A stretch of 64,000 nt of DNA from Acidobacteriota bacterium (lineage in GTDB: Bacteria; Acidobacteriota; Terriglobia; Bryobacterales; UBA6623): positions 49 to 64,048 of the forward strand of contig JAQCLD010000009.1 in the NCBI GenBank assembly GCA_027592785.1, given 5' to 3'. Of the stretch, positions 46,585 through 56,085 are shown in pieces. Below the pieces are notes generated by a model. It saw only the letters and a program-made list of their open reading frames with translations. It was not told the origin of the DNA and searched no databases. Numbering within the stretch: position 1 is the first letter of the stretch; each line of letters starts with the position of its first letter. The position numbers and the translations under genes were made by a program.

Positions 46585-47313
46585 TTGGAGTGCTTCTTAA
46601 TCCCCCTCCCAGTGTGGCGAGGACTTTTGATATGGGATACTGGCCCAAAGTCCGGCCGAACGGCTTGCTGGGCGGGACAACACAGACACACCGTGGCTCA
46701 AGGACAAAAAATCGAACTTCAGTCCGCCCACCCTCTTCCGCCGCTGATTTTGCATCCGTTTACGGAGTCGGCGGCCACAGCTCAGGTGCTGGAGAGCGCT
46801 AGGGCTTCTTTGTCGATGATCAGCGACGATGAAGGCTCTCAGAAAGAGAAGGAAGCGCTCGAACGGCAAATGATCGAGGGCCGCTTCACCGAGTTTCGGA
46901 TGCTTTTCTACGTGGGCAAGGATATTTGCCGTTGGCTCGACCAGTGCGTCGACACCTGCGGTAGAGATCCAGAAATAATTGCCCTGCGGCTGCCGGCCCA
47001 GAGTTTTGCGCGCCTGCTGATCGAACAGACTCCCGAGGACGTCGCGACAAAGCTGCGGGGATGGGGAGTCGTCGAGTATGCGCGTATTTTCTCGCGCTCG
47101 ATCGGCATCTTCACCAAGTTCCGGCTGCCGCCCACCCCGGAAATGCTACAAGCGCGCTATCTGCGGCACTACTATCGCTACGCCGACTACGCCTACACGG
47201 CCTGGAAGGACCTCGACAAAGGCCCGGAGCTGCAGTACGCAAACTTCCCCTTCGCCCTTTTCGCCTCAGGCGAGTACACGCGTAAATTGGAAGAAGAGTG
47301 GCGCGAGGGCTAG
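46585..47313 (+). CDS. hypothetical protein (start uncertain; first ATG in frame at 46816)
   Basis: Open frame of 242 codons from TTG 46585. The C-terminal 166 aa (from MISDDEG) look coding. No family recognised. Confidence 0.4.
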   Translation: MECFLIPLPVWRGLLIWDTGPKSGRTACWAGQHRHTVAQGQKIELQSAHPLPPLILHPFTESAATAQVLESARASLSMISDDEGSQKEKEALERQMIEGRFTEFRMLFYVGKDICRWLDQCVDTCGRDPEIIALRLPAQSFARLLIEQTPEDVATKLRGWGVVEYARIFSRSIGIFTKFRLPPTPEMLQARYLRHYYRYADYAYTAWKDLDKGPELQYANFPFALFASGEYTRKLEEEWREG

Positions 47314-47624
47314 GTCGTCGCTCGCGCGCCTAGTCCTGGAGCCGAAAGCAGCCCCTCGTCTTCTAAACAAGCGAATAACTGCTCGTCCTGGTCGAGGTCG
47401 AGAAAGAAGCCGTACCGGAGCATGTCCTTGGCTTCTTTGAGTGTTGGAGCGTGCTCGAGGCTTAGCCGTGCGAGTTTACCGCCTGCCGCCTCGTGTACGC
47501 CGATGTACCAAGCATCGCCTTCGTTAAAAACGCCTAGGCGCATGGTGCGTCCTTGGTACTGGAACCGGCCTTCGGTTCCTCTGGCTTGAATGAGTTCGAC
47601 GCCCGCCTCGTTGTAGGTCACCAT
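47310..47624 (-). CDS. hypothetical protein (104 aa)
   Basis: ATG 47624 preceded by GAGGAAAG SD with 4-nt spacing. The longer ORF-track version would overlap ychF. No family recognised. Confidence 0.45.
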   Translation of the reverse strand: MVTYNEAGVELIQARGTEGRFQYQGRTMRLGVFNEGDAWYIGVHEAAGGKLARLSLEHAPTLKEAKDMLRYGFFLDLDQDEQLFACLEDEGLLSAPGLGARATT

Positions 47625-47739
47625 CGTACTTTCCTCTAGCTCCCTAAGTATGCCAGACGTTTGCGAAACGCGGGAGGTTGCAGGCTCCGTAGGAAACCCG
47701 AGAACAGATTGTAAAGAGCCTGAAGGTGACGAACCGAAT

Positions 47740-48813
47740 CTAGCTATGCCGGATAACGAGGACGTCGCCGTCTTGGACGATGTACTCCTTGCCTTCAAGA
47801 CGGAGCTCACCAGTGCCTTTTGCACCGGAGTAGCCCCCTAGATCGAGGAGCCGCTGCCAGTTGATCGTTTCGGCGCGGATAAACTTCTTCTCGAAGTCGC
47901 TGTGAATGGCTCCAGCCGCTCTTACCGCTTTGGTGCCCTTGGGAATCGTCCAGGCGCGGACTTCCGTCTCACCAGCGGTCAAGAACGACATCAGGCCCAG
48001 CAGATCGTAGCTAGCCTCGATGACGCGCTCCAAACCCGGCTCCGCCAGGCCGTAGGTTCCCATCAGGTCGGCGGCTTCGGCAGGATCCAGCTCGGCGAGT
48101 TCCGCCTCGACAGAGCCGCAAACGGCGGCGACCGCGATGTTCTTCTTATTCTGGAGCCACTCGTTGTGGTACTTCTCCTCGATCGCCTTTAACTCAGACG
48201 CTTGGTCCTCGCCGAGGTTCAGGACCAGCAGCATGGGCTTCTCGGACAAGAACTGGAATCCTCTCAGCCGCTTCTCGTCATCGGCGTCGAGTTCCAGCTC
48301 CCGAAGGGGTTGTTCGTTCTCAAGGGCGACCTGGCATCTCTCTAGGAGATCTTTTTCTTTCGGCAGGTCAGGCGTACGCAGCTTCTTGAGATCCTTCTCA
48401 ACCCGAGCTAAGCGGTTTTCGACGACCTGCAAGTCGTTTAGAATCAGCTCGGCTTCGACGTTTTGCCAGTCGCGTTTGGGGTCGATTGAGCCGTCAGCGT
48501 GGGCGACGGTCTCGCTATCAAAGCAGCGCAGGACGTGAGCGAAAGCGTCGACCGCCCGCAGGCTGGCGATGTAGCTGGGTTCGCGCAGCGCGTCGCGAGA
48601 CATGGCCGGCATGTCGACGTAATCCACGGTCGCGTAGGTTATCTTTGGCGGCTCAAAGATCTTGACCAGTGCGTCCACCCGCTTGTCTGGGACTCTGGCC
48701 ACCCCGATCTGCAACTTCGTCGAACCGACTCGCCCCTCGCTGGCCGCCCCCGTAAGGATCGTGAATAAAGAAGTCTTTCCGACTTGGGGAAGTCCAATGA
48801 TGGCGGTCTGCAT
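47740..48813 (-). CDS. ychF: redox-regulated ATPase YchF
   Basis: MQTAIIGLPQVGKTSLFTILTG G1 motif. C-terminal TGS-like block FLTAGETEVRAWTIPKGTKAVRAAGAIHSDFEKKFIRAE. Confidence 0.95.
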   Translation of the reverse strand: MQTAIIGLPQVGKTSLFTILTGAASEGRVGSTKLQIGVARVPDKRVDALVKIFEPPKITYATVDYVDMPAMSRDALREPSYIASLRAVDAFAHVLRCFDSETVAHADGSIDPKRDWQNVEAELILNDLQVVENRLARVEKDLKKLRTPDLPKEKDLLERCQVALENEQPLRELELDADDEKRLRGFQFLSEKPMLLVLNLGEDQASELKAIEEKYHNEWLQNKKNIAVAAVCGSVEAELAELDPAEAADLMGTYGLAEPGLERVIEASYDLLGLMSFLTAGETEVRAWTIPKGTKAVRAAGAIHSDFEKKFIRAETINWQRLLDLGGYSGAKGTGELRLEGKEYIVQDGDVLVIRHS

Positions 48814-48831
48814 GTTTACCTACGGTGCCGC

Positions 48832-49797
48832 TCAGAGCGGCGCTGGGATAGAAGTGAGAATCTCGTCAAGTACTTGCTCGGAGCGCTCCACGGCCTCCGT
48901 TTCGCCGCCAAAGCGGCGATCAGCGGCGATCCGGTGAGCAAAGACGGGTTTCACGAGGCTTTTGACGTCGTGCGGCGTCACAAAGCCGCGACCGTCGAGC
49001 AAAGCGGCCGCCTGAGCCGCGCGATGTAGAGCAATCGAGCCGCGCGGGCTCACGCCCAGAGTCAGGTGCGGATGCTCGCGAGTGGCTTGGACGACTGCCA
49101 GGATGTAATCCAAAATCTCCTCGTGCACTTGGACATGAGGAACCTGTTTTTGGATGTCGAGCACTTCGTCGGCGTGCATGGCCGGCTGCAGATGCGCGGG
49201 ATCAATCCGATCGCCGTTCGATCGCAGAATGTCCTTCTCGCTCTCCATATCGGGGTAGCCCATCTCGATCCGCAACAGGAATCGGTCGAGTTGAGCCTCG
49301 GGAAGAGGAAAAGTGCCGTGATATTCGACGGGATTCTGCGTGGCGATGACCATGAATGGCTGAGGCAGTGCATAGGAACTGCCGTCGATTGACACCTGGC
49401 CTTCGTTCATGGCTTCCAGCAGCGCCGATTGAGTCTTGGGCGACGTCCGGTTGATCTCATCTGCGAGCAGTAAGTTGGTGAAAACAGGTCCTTTCTTGAA
49501 GTCGAACTGCTCGCGGGAAGCGCTATAGACAGTCACGCCGAGTACATCAGTCGGAAGCAAATCGGAGGTGAACTGGATTCGGTTGAAGTTGCAGTCGATG
49601 GCCCGCGCCAAAGCGTGCGCCAAGGTCGTCTTGCCAACGCCGGGAACGTCCTCAATCAACAAATGGCCGCGCGCCAGCAGGCAAATCGTCGCCAGACGCA
49701 CCGCTGCCGCCTTGCCGCGAATGACGGTGCAGATGGCGGACTCGAGTGCAGCAAGTTTCTCACCTGCGGCAGTCGCTGTCAGGGACTCAGGAGCCAT
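48832..49797 (-). CDS. MoxR-family AAA+ ATPase
   Basis: HLLIEDVPGVGKTTLAHALA Walker A, LLADEINRTSPKTQSALLEAM Walker B/sensor, VIATQNPVEYHGTFPLPEAQLDRF. Start ATG 49797 is preferred over 49851. Confidence 0.9.
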   Translation of the reverse strand: MAPESLTATAAGEKLAALESAICTVIRGKAAAVRLATICLLARGHLLIEDVPGVGKTTLAHALARAIDCNFNRIQFTSDLLPTDVLGVTVYSASREQFDFKKGPVFTNLLLADEINRTSPKTQSALLEAMNEGQVSIDGSSYALPQPFMVIATQNPVEYHGTFPLPEAQLDRFLLRIEMGYPDMESEKDILRSNGDRIDPAHLQPAMHADEVLDIQKQVPHVQVHEEILDYILAVVQATREHPHLTLGVSPRGSIALHRAAQAAALLDGRGFVTPHDVKSLVKPVFAHRIAADRRFGGETEAVERSEQVLDEILTSIPAPL

Positions 49798-49829
49798 GAG
49801 CCCCCATTCTACCGGGAACGCGCCCGCGC

Positions 49830-51221
49830 TTAGGCTGGACGACTTTGCCAAGGCCCGGTTATGGCGAAGGTCATGCCCGGATTCTGAATGTTGACGAACA
49901 AGGTGGATCCGTCTGGCGAGAACGTTGAACCCGCAAACTCGCCGTCGTCCATGGCGTTCCGGCCGAGCTGATAGAACTGGCCTTTGGCGGTAATGCCGAC
50001 GATGTGATCACGTCCCGAGCCGTCTTCGCAGACGATAATGTCGCCCCAGGGAGACACGGTTAGGTTGTCGGCATACTCCAGCAGGCGGGAGTCCGGCGAC
50101 TCGGCGAAGAGTTCCAGCCGTCCCGGATTCTTGTCCTCCGACGGCTCCGCTTCTTCTGGGCTGACGTGATAACGGAACACTTGGCCGCTTTTCGCTGCTC
50201 CGCCGCTGGTGCAGGCGAAGTAGATCGCATCGCCGTCCGTCCAAGCGCCCTCTCCGCGGGCGAAGATTGCCGCTCCGGCAGCGGCGCCTTGCTGCCTTAG
50301 GTCGTCGCCGGGCGATTCGATGTCTTCGAGGTCGATCCAGCGCACCGCAGCCGGCGACTGCAGGTCTAGCGTTCGTTCGCTCCAGTTGCGCGTATCAGCG
50401 GAGGCGAGATCACGCAGCACAAGAGCCTGCAGGCGACCGCCCGCAGCGGGCCGGCCTTTTTCGTTCGGCACGAATCGGTAGAACAGGCCGTCGCCGCGGT
50501 CCTCAGTCTGGTAGATGATTCCGGTGGCTTCGTGAACGGCGATCGCTTCGTGGTTGAAGCGTCCCATCGCTTTGAGCGGAATCGGCGGCGCGAGCGCGAT
50601 CTCGGCAGAGGCCGGCACCTCAAAGTTATAGCCGTGGTCGCGCTCCAGAGGGCCTTCCTTGCGCTGATTGGTCTCTTCGCAGCTGATCCATGAGCCCCAC
50701 GGCGTTGGTCCTCCGGCGCAGTTTCGGATTGTGCCCGCGAGGCTCAAGAAATGGCTCTCTAGGCGCTGTTCCTGCGTGTTGTAGACCAGCGTCGTGGTCC
50801 CGCCGAGGCAGGGCGTCTCGCCGCTACCGAAATCGTAGAACGACTCAGCGGAGATCTCATCTCGTAACTCGCCGCCCTCCCCGAAAGCGCTCGCGCCAGC
50901 CTTATCCGGCGTCAACTCGTGATTCCGTACGAGGATGGTGCGGCCGTCCGGAGCGGCGAACGCGGCCATGCCGTCATGCGCGCCCGGAACCAGCAGGCCA
51001 TCGTCCATCGAATCACCGGCTCGCGAGAAGACCTGATAGGAGAAACCCGCGGGCAGATCCAACAAGCCTGCAGGGTCGGGGACCAATTCACCGTAGCCCT
51101 CTGAGCTCCAGGAGGGATCGGGTGCGACGGCGCTGCAACCGGAAAGAAGTCCGTGCAGGCCCGCGAAGGCCGCTCCTGTGTGAAAAAGAAACCTGCGGCG
51201 CGAGATGCCCATCGCGGTCAT
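49830..51221 (-). CDS. DUF839 / PhoX-like exported beta-propeller protein, Tat signal
   Basis: MTAMGISRRRFLFHTGAAFAGL twin-arginine signal. C-terminal DNLTVSPWGDIIVCEDG and FSPDGSTLFVNIQNPGMTFAITGPW blocks. Confidence 0.75.
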   Translation of the reverse strand: MTAMGISRRRFLFHTGAAFAGLHGLLSGCSAVAPDPSWSSEGYGELVPDPAGLLDLPAGFSYQVFSRAGDSMDDGLLVPGAHDGMAAFAAPDGRTILVRNHELTPDKAGASAFGEGGELRDEISAESFYDFGSGETPCLGGTTTLVYNTQEQRLESHFLSLAGTIRNCAGGPTPWGSWISCEETNQRKEGPLERDHGYNFEVPASAEIALAPPIPLKAMGRFNHEAIAVHEATGIIYQTEDRGDGLFYRFVPNEKGRPAAGGRLQALVLRDLASADTRNWSERTLDLQSPAAVRWIDLEDIESPGDDLRQQGAAAGAAIFARGEGAWTDGDAIYFACTSGGAAKSGQVFRYHVSPEEAEPSEDKNPGRLELFAESPDSRLLEYADNLTVSPWGDIIVCEDGSGRDHIVGITAKGQFYQLGRNAMDDGEFAGSTFSPDGSTLFVNIQNPGMTFAITGPWQSRPA

Positions 51222-51297
51222 TGTACTCTCTATTTCGTTGCGATCTGAAGACAGAAGCGTTGCGATATCCGCATACAATTGGAGGAATCCCAGCGTC

Positions 51298-51552
51298 ATG
51301 GCCAAGCCCAAAGAAGATCATCTGCCGTTCGAGAAAGGACTGGAAGACCTCGAAACCATCGTCAAGAAGCTCGAGAGCGCGGACTTGCCGCTCGAAGAAT
51401 CGCTGGCGCTGTTTGAGCAGGGCGTCCATCTGAGTGAATCCTGTCGGACGCGTCTAGAAGAAGCGGAAACGCGCATCGAGATCCTCCTCAAAAAGGGCCG
51501 CCGGATCGAGGCCGAGCCGTTTGCACTCGACGATGACGGAGAGGGCGAGTGA
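51298..51552 (+). CDS. xseB: exodeoxyribonuclease VII small subunit
   Basis: 84 aa. FEKGLEDLETIVKKLESADLPLEESLALFEQGVHLSESCRTRLEEAETRIEIL is the canonical XseB pattern. Confidence 0.85.
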   Translation: MAKPKEDHLPFEKGLEDLETIVKKLESADLPLEESLALFEQGVHLSESCRTRLEEAETRIEILLKKGRRIEAEPFALDDDGEGE

Positions 51553-52430
51553 CGCTCGGGGAATATCTAGAGAAACAGCGCAGCGCGATCGACGCGGAAT
51601 TGGACCGGCTGACGCCGACGGCGGATGAGCGTCCGCAGACTCTCCATCGGGCTATGCGCCACAGTTTGATGGCTGGGGGCAAGCGTCTCAGGCCGATCCT
51701 GTTCTGCGCAGCTTCGGAAGCCGTTGGGCGAACCGCAGGAGCTCTAACGCCGGCGTGCGCTCTGGAGTTCATCCACACCTACTCATTGATCCATGACGAC
51801 CTGCCTGCGCTCGACAATGACGACTTCCGGCGAGGCCAGCCGACGTGCCACAAAACTTTCGGAGAGGCGACGGCAATTCTGGCAGGCGACGCGTTGCTCA
51901 CGCGAGCGTTCCAAGTACTGGCCGAAGCGGAACACGTCCATGCCGCAGTTCAGATCGCGATGATCAGCGAACTCGCCACTTCCGCCGGAACCGTCGACGG
52001 CATGATCGGCGGGCAAATGGAAGATCTCGAAGCGGAAGGGCGGCCCGTCGACTCGGAGCGCTTACATTACATTCACCGCTCCAAGACTGGGGCTTTGATT
52101 CGGGCCGCGGTCCGCCTGGGAGGGATGTTCGGAGAAGCATCCAGCGAAGAGCTCGACAGACTCAGTGACTACGGCAGCGCGATTGGGACCGCATTCCAGA
52201 TTGTCGACGATATACTCGACGTCGAAGGCACCACCGAGAGCCTTGGCAAGACCGCAGGCAAGGACGCTCAACAACAAAAGGCCACCTACCCCGCCCTCTA
52301 CGGGCTGGAGCACTCCAAAGAACTCGCCGCTAAGCAGCTGAGCCTGGCGCTAGCCGCCGTCGCGACTTTTGGTGAGGCCGGTGACCGGCTCCGCGGCATC
52401 GCGGAAACAATCGTCAGCCGTTCGGCCTAA
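51549..52430 (+). CDS. ispA: polyprenyl (farnesyl/geranylgeranyl) diphosphate synthase
   Basis: FARM LIHDDLPALDNDDFRRG and SARM FQIVDDILD. GTGA overlap with xseB. Confidence 0.9.
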   Translation: MTLGEYLEKQRSAIDAELDRLTPTADERPQTLHRAMRHSLMAGGKRLRPILFCAASEAVGRTAGALTPACALEFIHTYSLIHDDLPALDNDDFRRGQPTCHKTFGEATAILAGDALLTRAFQVLAEAEHVHAAVQIAMISELATSAGTVDGMIGGQMEDLEAEGRPVDSERLHYIHRSKTGALIRAAVRLGGMFGEASSEELDRLSDYGSAIGTAFQIVDDILDVEGTTESLGKTAGKDAQQQKATYPALYGLEHSKELAAKQLSLALAAVATFGEAGDRLRGIAETIVSRSA

Positions 52431-52445
52431 ACGAGGGTCGCCTCT

Positions 52446-53195
52446 ATGAAGGCACGCGTACGCATCGACCAATTGCTGACCGATCGCGGCCTCGTTGACT
52501 CGCGCAACAAAGCCCAGGCGCTGGTCCTAGCCGGCCAGGTCTTAGCCGACGAGAAGAAGATCGAAAAGCCCGGCCAACAGGTCAATCCGGAATGTGAGAT
52601 TCGCATTCTTGGAGAGAAACCCCGCTACGTAAGCCGCGCAGGTTTCAAGCTGGAAGGCGCGCTGATTGAATTTATCATCGACATCCAAGGCAAGGTGTGC
52701 CTCGATATTGGCGCCTCCACCGGGGGTTTCACGGATTGCTTGCTGCAGCACGGAGCCGCCAAGGTCTACGCCGTCGATGTCGGAACGAATCAGCTCGACT
52801 GGCGCATTCGCCAAGACGCGCGAGTCATGGTCCACGAGCAGACGAATGCCAAGGATCTCTCTGAGCAACTGATTCCCGAGCCGATCCAGTTCGTGTGCTG
52901 CGACGTCAGTTTCATTTCTGCGACCCTAGTGTTGCCTCCGGTCGCACCGTTGCTGGCGAACGGCGCCGAGATCGTCGTTCTCGCAAAACCACAGTTTGAA
53001 GCCGGACGCGGCGAGGTTGGGAAAGGCGGCATTGTGCGTAGCGACGCGATCAGGCAGGCAGCGGCTGACAAGGTTCGGCAAGCGATCGATGCTCTCGGCT
53101 TCCGGTCCATCAAACAGATGGACAGCCCAGTCGAAGGCGCCCAAGGAAATCGCGAGATACTGCTCTATGGCTCCAACCGCGAACTGAACTCATGA
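52446..53195 (+). CDS. tlyA: TlyA-family rRNA 2'-O-methyltransferase (S4 + FtsJ-like domains)
   Basis: RIDQLLTDRGLVDSRNKAQALV (S4 domain), YVSRAGFKLEGAL, LDIGASTGGFTDCLLQHGA (SAM motif). Confidence 0.85.
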   Translation: MKARVRIDQLLTDRGLVDSRNKAQALVLAGQVLADEKKIEKPGQQVNPECEIRILGEKPRYVSRAGFKLEGALIEFIIDIQGKVCLDIGASTGGFTDCLLQHGAAKVYAVDVGTNQLDWRIRQDARVMVHEQTNAKDLSEQLIPEPIQFVCCDVSFISATLVLPPVAPLLANGAEIVVLAKPQFEAGRGEVGKGGIVRSDAIRQAAADKVRQAIDALGFRSIKQMDSPVEGAQGNREILLYGSNRELNS

Positions 53196-54049
53196 CGAAG
53201 AATATCGGCATCGTCTCGAAACCAGGCCGCTCGGACCTGTCTCAGCTGCTGCTCGAGCTGGCGGCCTGGCTCGATGAGCGCGGCGTGACCTGGACGGGAG
53301 ATCTCGTCACCGAGACTTATTTGGGCCGCAAGGGCGGCTTCGATCGAACAGCGCTCGACCAGGACTTTGACCTCATCGTCGTCCTAGGCGGCGATGGAAC
53401 ACTGCTATCAGTCGCTCGCGGGGTGGGCGCCAAGGAGACGCCGCTGCTCGCCGTTAATCTAGGCGGCATGGGCTTTCTAATGACGACAGGCCCGGAGCAG
53501 ATTTTCGAGGCATTGGAAGCCGTCCTGACCGGCAATTACACCGTCCAATGCCGTACCGTGCTGTCGGGGTCGGTCATCCGCAACGATGAGACGGTCGCCC
53601 ATCACAACGCACTGAACGACATCGTCGTTAACAAGGCCGCGATCGCCCGCCTACTGCAACTCGAAGTTTTCGTCGACGGCGAGTTCATGTGCGGCTACAG
53701 GGCCGATGGCTTGGTCCTCTCGACCCCAACCGGCTCCACCGCATACTCTCTGGCCGCTGGCGGACCAGTCATCGCGCCAACGGTGGAAGGGTTCTGCCTC
53801 ACGCCGATTTGTCCGCACACGCTTTCGAACCGGCCCGTAGTCGTAAACGAATCTTCGGAGTTTGAGATTGTCTTCGTCGGCGGAGATGACAGCACGTTCT
53901 TAACCGTCGACGGCCAGGTTGGAGTGAACCTGCGGCCCGATGACCGGATCGTTGCCAAAAAAGCGGATCATAGCGTTCGGATTATCGAGACGCAGAAGCA
54001 CCGTTTCTTCGACGTTCTGCGAAACAAGATGGGCTGGGGCAGCCACTAG
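53192..54049 (+). CDS. nadK: NAD kinase
   Basis: LIVVLGGDGTLLS, NDIVV, ADGLVLSTPTGSTAYSLAAGGP. ATGA overlap with tlyA. Confidence 0.9.
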   Translation: MTKNIGIVSKPGRSDLSQLLLELAAWLDERGVTWTGDLVTETYLGRKGGFDRTALDQDFDLIVVLGGDGTLLSVARGVGAKETPLLAVNLGGMGFLMTTGPEQIFEALEAVLTGNYTVQCRTVLSGSVIRNDETVAHHNALNDIVVNKAAIARLLQLEVFVDGEFMCGYRADGLVLSTPTGSTAYSLAAGGPVIAPTVEGFCLTPICPHTLSNRPVVVNESSEFEIVFVGGDDSTFLTVDGQVGVNLRPDDRIVAKKADHSVRIIETQKHRFFDVLRNKMGWGSH

Positions 54050-55041
54050 GGCTCAAGCTTGGCGCCGGGGGCGAGATAGTTGAGGACGTAATCCTTCACC
54101 GCGTCCTCTAGCGACGTCATTTCGTCCGTGTAGCCTAGGGCCCGGATCTTGCCGATTTCGGCCTGGGTGAAGTATTGGTACTTGCCTTGGAGCCGTTTGG
54201 GCATTTCCACAAACTCGATTTTAGGCTGTTTGCCGAGTGCGGCAAAGATCGCTGTCGCCAGATCCAGCCAAGTGCGAGAAGTGCCCGTGCCTACGTTGTA
54301 GAGCCCTCCAGCACGAGTGTTCTCCGCCAGAAAGATCGTCATCCGGACCGCGTCCTTCACATACAGAAAATCCCTACGCTGGCAGCCGTCCGCAAACTCG
54401 GGACGATAGCTCTTAAATAATTTGACCGATCCAGTTTCGAGGATCTGATGATAGGCCTTGTGGACGACGCTCCTCATGTCGTCTTTGTGATCCTCGTTCG
54501 GGCCGTAAACGTTGAAATACTTGATTCCAGTGATGAGGTTCTGGAATCCCTTGCGTTCGGCGTAGCAATCGAACAGGTGCTTTGAATATCCGTACATGTT
54601 GAGCGGCCGCAGGCTGCTCAACGGGCGCGATTCGTTGAGACCTTCCTCCAGTCCGCCATACGTTGCCGCGGAAGAAGCGTACACGAAGCGGGCTTTCGTC
54701 TCCAGGCACCACTCGGCAAGCTTCTTGGTGTATTCGTAGTTGTTATGAATCAGGTAGGCGGCATCCGTTTCCGTGGTCGCTGAGCAGGCGCCCAGGTGGA
54801 AGATCGTTCGCACGTCTTTGAGGGCGGGGTCGCGCTCATCAATGCGGCTTTCTAATGCCGAAGCCTCCAGATAGTCTTCAAATTGCAGCGGAACCAAGTT
54901 CTTCCACTTCTCGGTGGTCCGTAGATGATCGGCAACCAGAATATTACGGAGACCGCGGCGATTGAGCTCCCAAATGAGGGCACTGCCAATGAAGCCAGCT
55001 CCTCCTGTCACCAAGATGCGTCCGTCCGCCAAGTTGTGCAT
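54046..55041 (-). CDS. hldD: ADP-glyceromanno-heptose 6-epimerase
   Basis: Collinear by-eye match to E. coli HldD: ILVTGGAGFIGS, HLGACS, YASSAATYGG, NMYGYSKHLFD, KYFNVYGP, RDFLYVKD, YNVGTG, YQYFTQAE. Confidence 0.9.
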   Translation of the reverse strand: MHNLADGRILVTGGAGFIGSALIWELNRRGLRNILVADHLRTTEKWKNLVPLQFEDYLEASALESRIDERDPALKDVRTIFHLGACSATTETDAAYLIHNNYEYTKKLAEWCLETKARFVYASSAATYGGLEEGLNESRPLSSLRPLNMYGYSKHLFDCYAERKGFQNLITGIKYFNVYGPNEDHKDDMRSVVHKAYHQILETGSVKLFKSYRPEFADGCQRRDFLYVKDAVRMTIFLAENTRAGGLYNVGTGTSRTWLDLATAIFAALGKQPKIEFVEMPKRLQGKYQYFTQAEIGKIRALGYTDEMTSLEDAVKDYVLNYLAPGAKLEP

Positions 55042-55079
55042 GCCGCCATTGTTGCGAACTCCGCCGACCAGCCGCTAGG

Positions 55080-56063
55080 GTGAAGCCTATGCCTGGTCCT
55101 CTGACGGATTTCATCACGACGCACTACCGTCATTTCAACGCCGCCAGCCTGCGGGACGCGTCGGAGGGTTACGTACGTCATCTGGAGAGCGGCGGAAAGA
55201 TGCTGCTGACGCTGGCCGGGGCCATGAGTACCGCCGAGATCGGCGTTTCGCTAGCGGAAATGATCCGCCAGGGCAAGGTGCAAGCGATTAGCTGCACGGG
55301 CGCGAATCTCGAAGAGGACGTCTTCAACCTCGTCGCCCATGATCAGTACGAGCGCGTCCCTGAGTGGCGCAGCCAAACTCCCGAAGCCGACCAGGCGCTC
55401 CTTGAGCGTCACATGAACCGCGTCACCGATACGTGCATCCCCGAAGAAGAGGCCATGCGGCGGATCGAGCGCGCCGTCCTCGAAGAGTGGAAAGCCGCCG
55501 ACGCCAAGGGCGAGTCGTACTTCCCGGCGGAGTTCATGTGGAAGATCCTGGAGCGCCCCGACGTGCGCAAGAATTTCCAGATTGACCCGAAAGACAGTTG
55601 GCTGCTGGCGGCGAAGGAACACAACATCCCCGTCTTCGTTCCCGGGTGGGAAGACTCAACGCTCGGCAACATCTTCGCTTCGCACTGCTACGTCGGCTCG
55701 CTAAAGAACCCGCACACCGTCAAAAGCGGCATCGAAACTATGTTGTCGCTGATCGGCTGGTACGGCAAGGAGTCCAAGGATGCGTCTATCGGCTTCTTCC
55801 AGATCGGCGGTGGCATTGCGGGCGACTTTCCGATCTGTGCTGTACCGCTGATGCGCCAAGACCTGCAGCTCAAAGATATCAACCACTGGGGCTACTTTTG
55901 CCAGATCAGCGATTCGACGACTAGCTACGGTTCCTATTCTGGGGCGCCGCCAACCGAAAAAATTACTTGGGACAAGCTCAGCGTCGACACGCCGTCCTAC
56001 ATGATCGAATCGGACGCCTCCATCGTGGCGCCGTTAATGTTCGCGTGGATTCTCGGCTGGTAG
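55080..56063 (+). CDS. deoxyhypusine synthase-like protein (possible homospermidine synthase)
   Basis: TLAGAMSTAEIG...ISCTGANLEEDVFN...FVPGWEDSTLGN...FQIGGGIAGDF. GTG 55080 or ATG 55089. Confidence 0.85.
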   Translation: MKPMPGPLTDFITTHYRHFNAASLRDASEGYVRHLESGGKMLLTLAGAMSTAEIGVSLAEMIRQGKVQAISCTGANLEEDVFNLVAHDQYERVPEWRSQTPEADQALLERHMNRVTDTCIPEEEAMRRIERAVLEEWKAADAKGESYFPAEFMWKILERPDVRKNFQIDPKDSWLLAAKEHNIPVFVPGWEDSTLGNIFASHCYVGSLKNPHTVKSGIETMLSLIGWYGKESKDASIGFFQIGGGIAGDFPICAVPLMRQDLQLKDINHWGYFCQISDSTTSYGSYSGAPPTEKITWDKLSVDTPSYMIESDASIVAPLMFAWILGW

Positions 56064-56085
56064 GCGAACCAGCTGCAAGAGTGTT

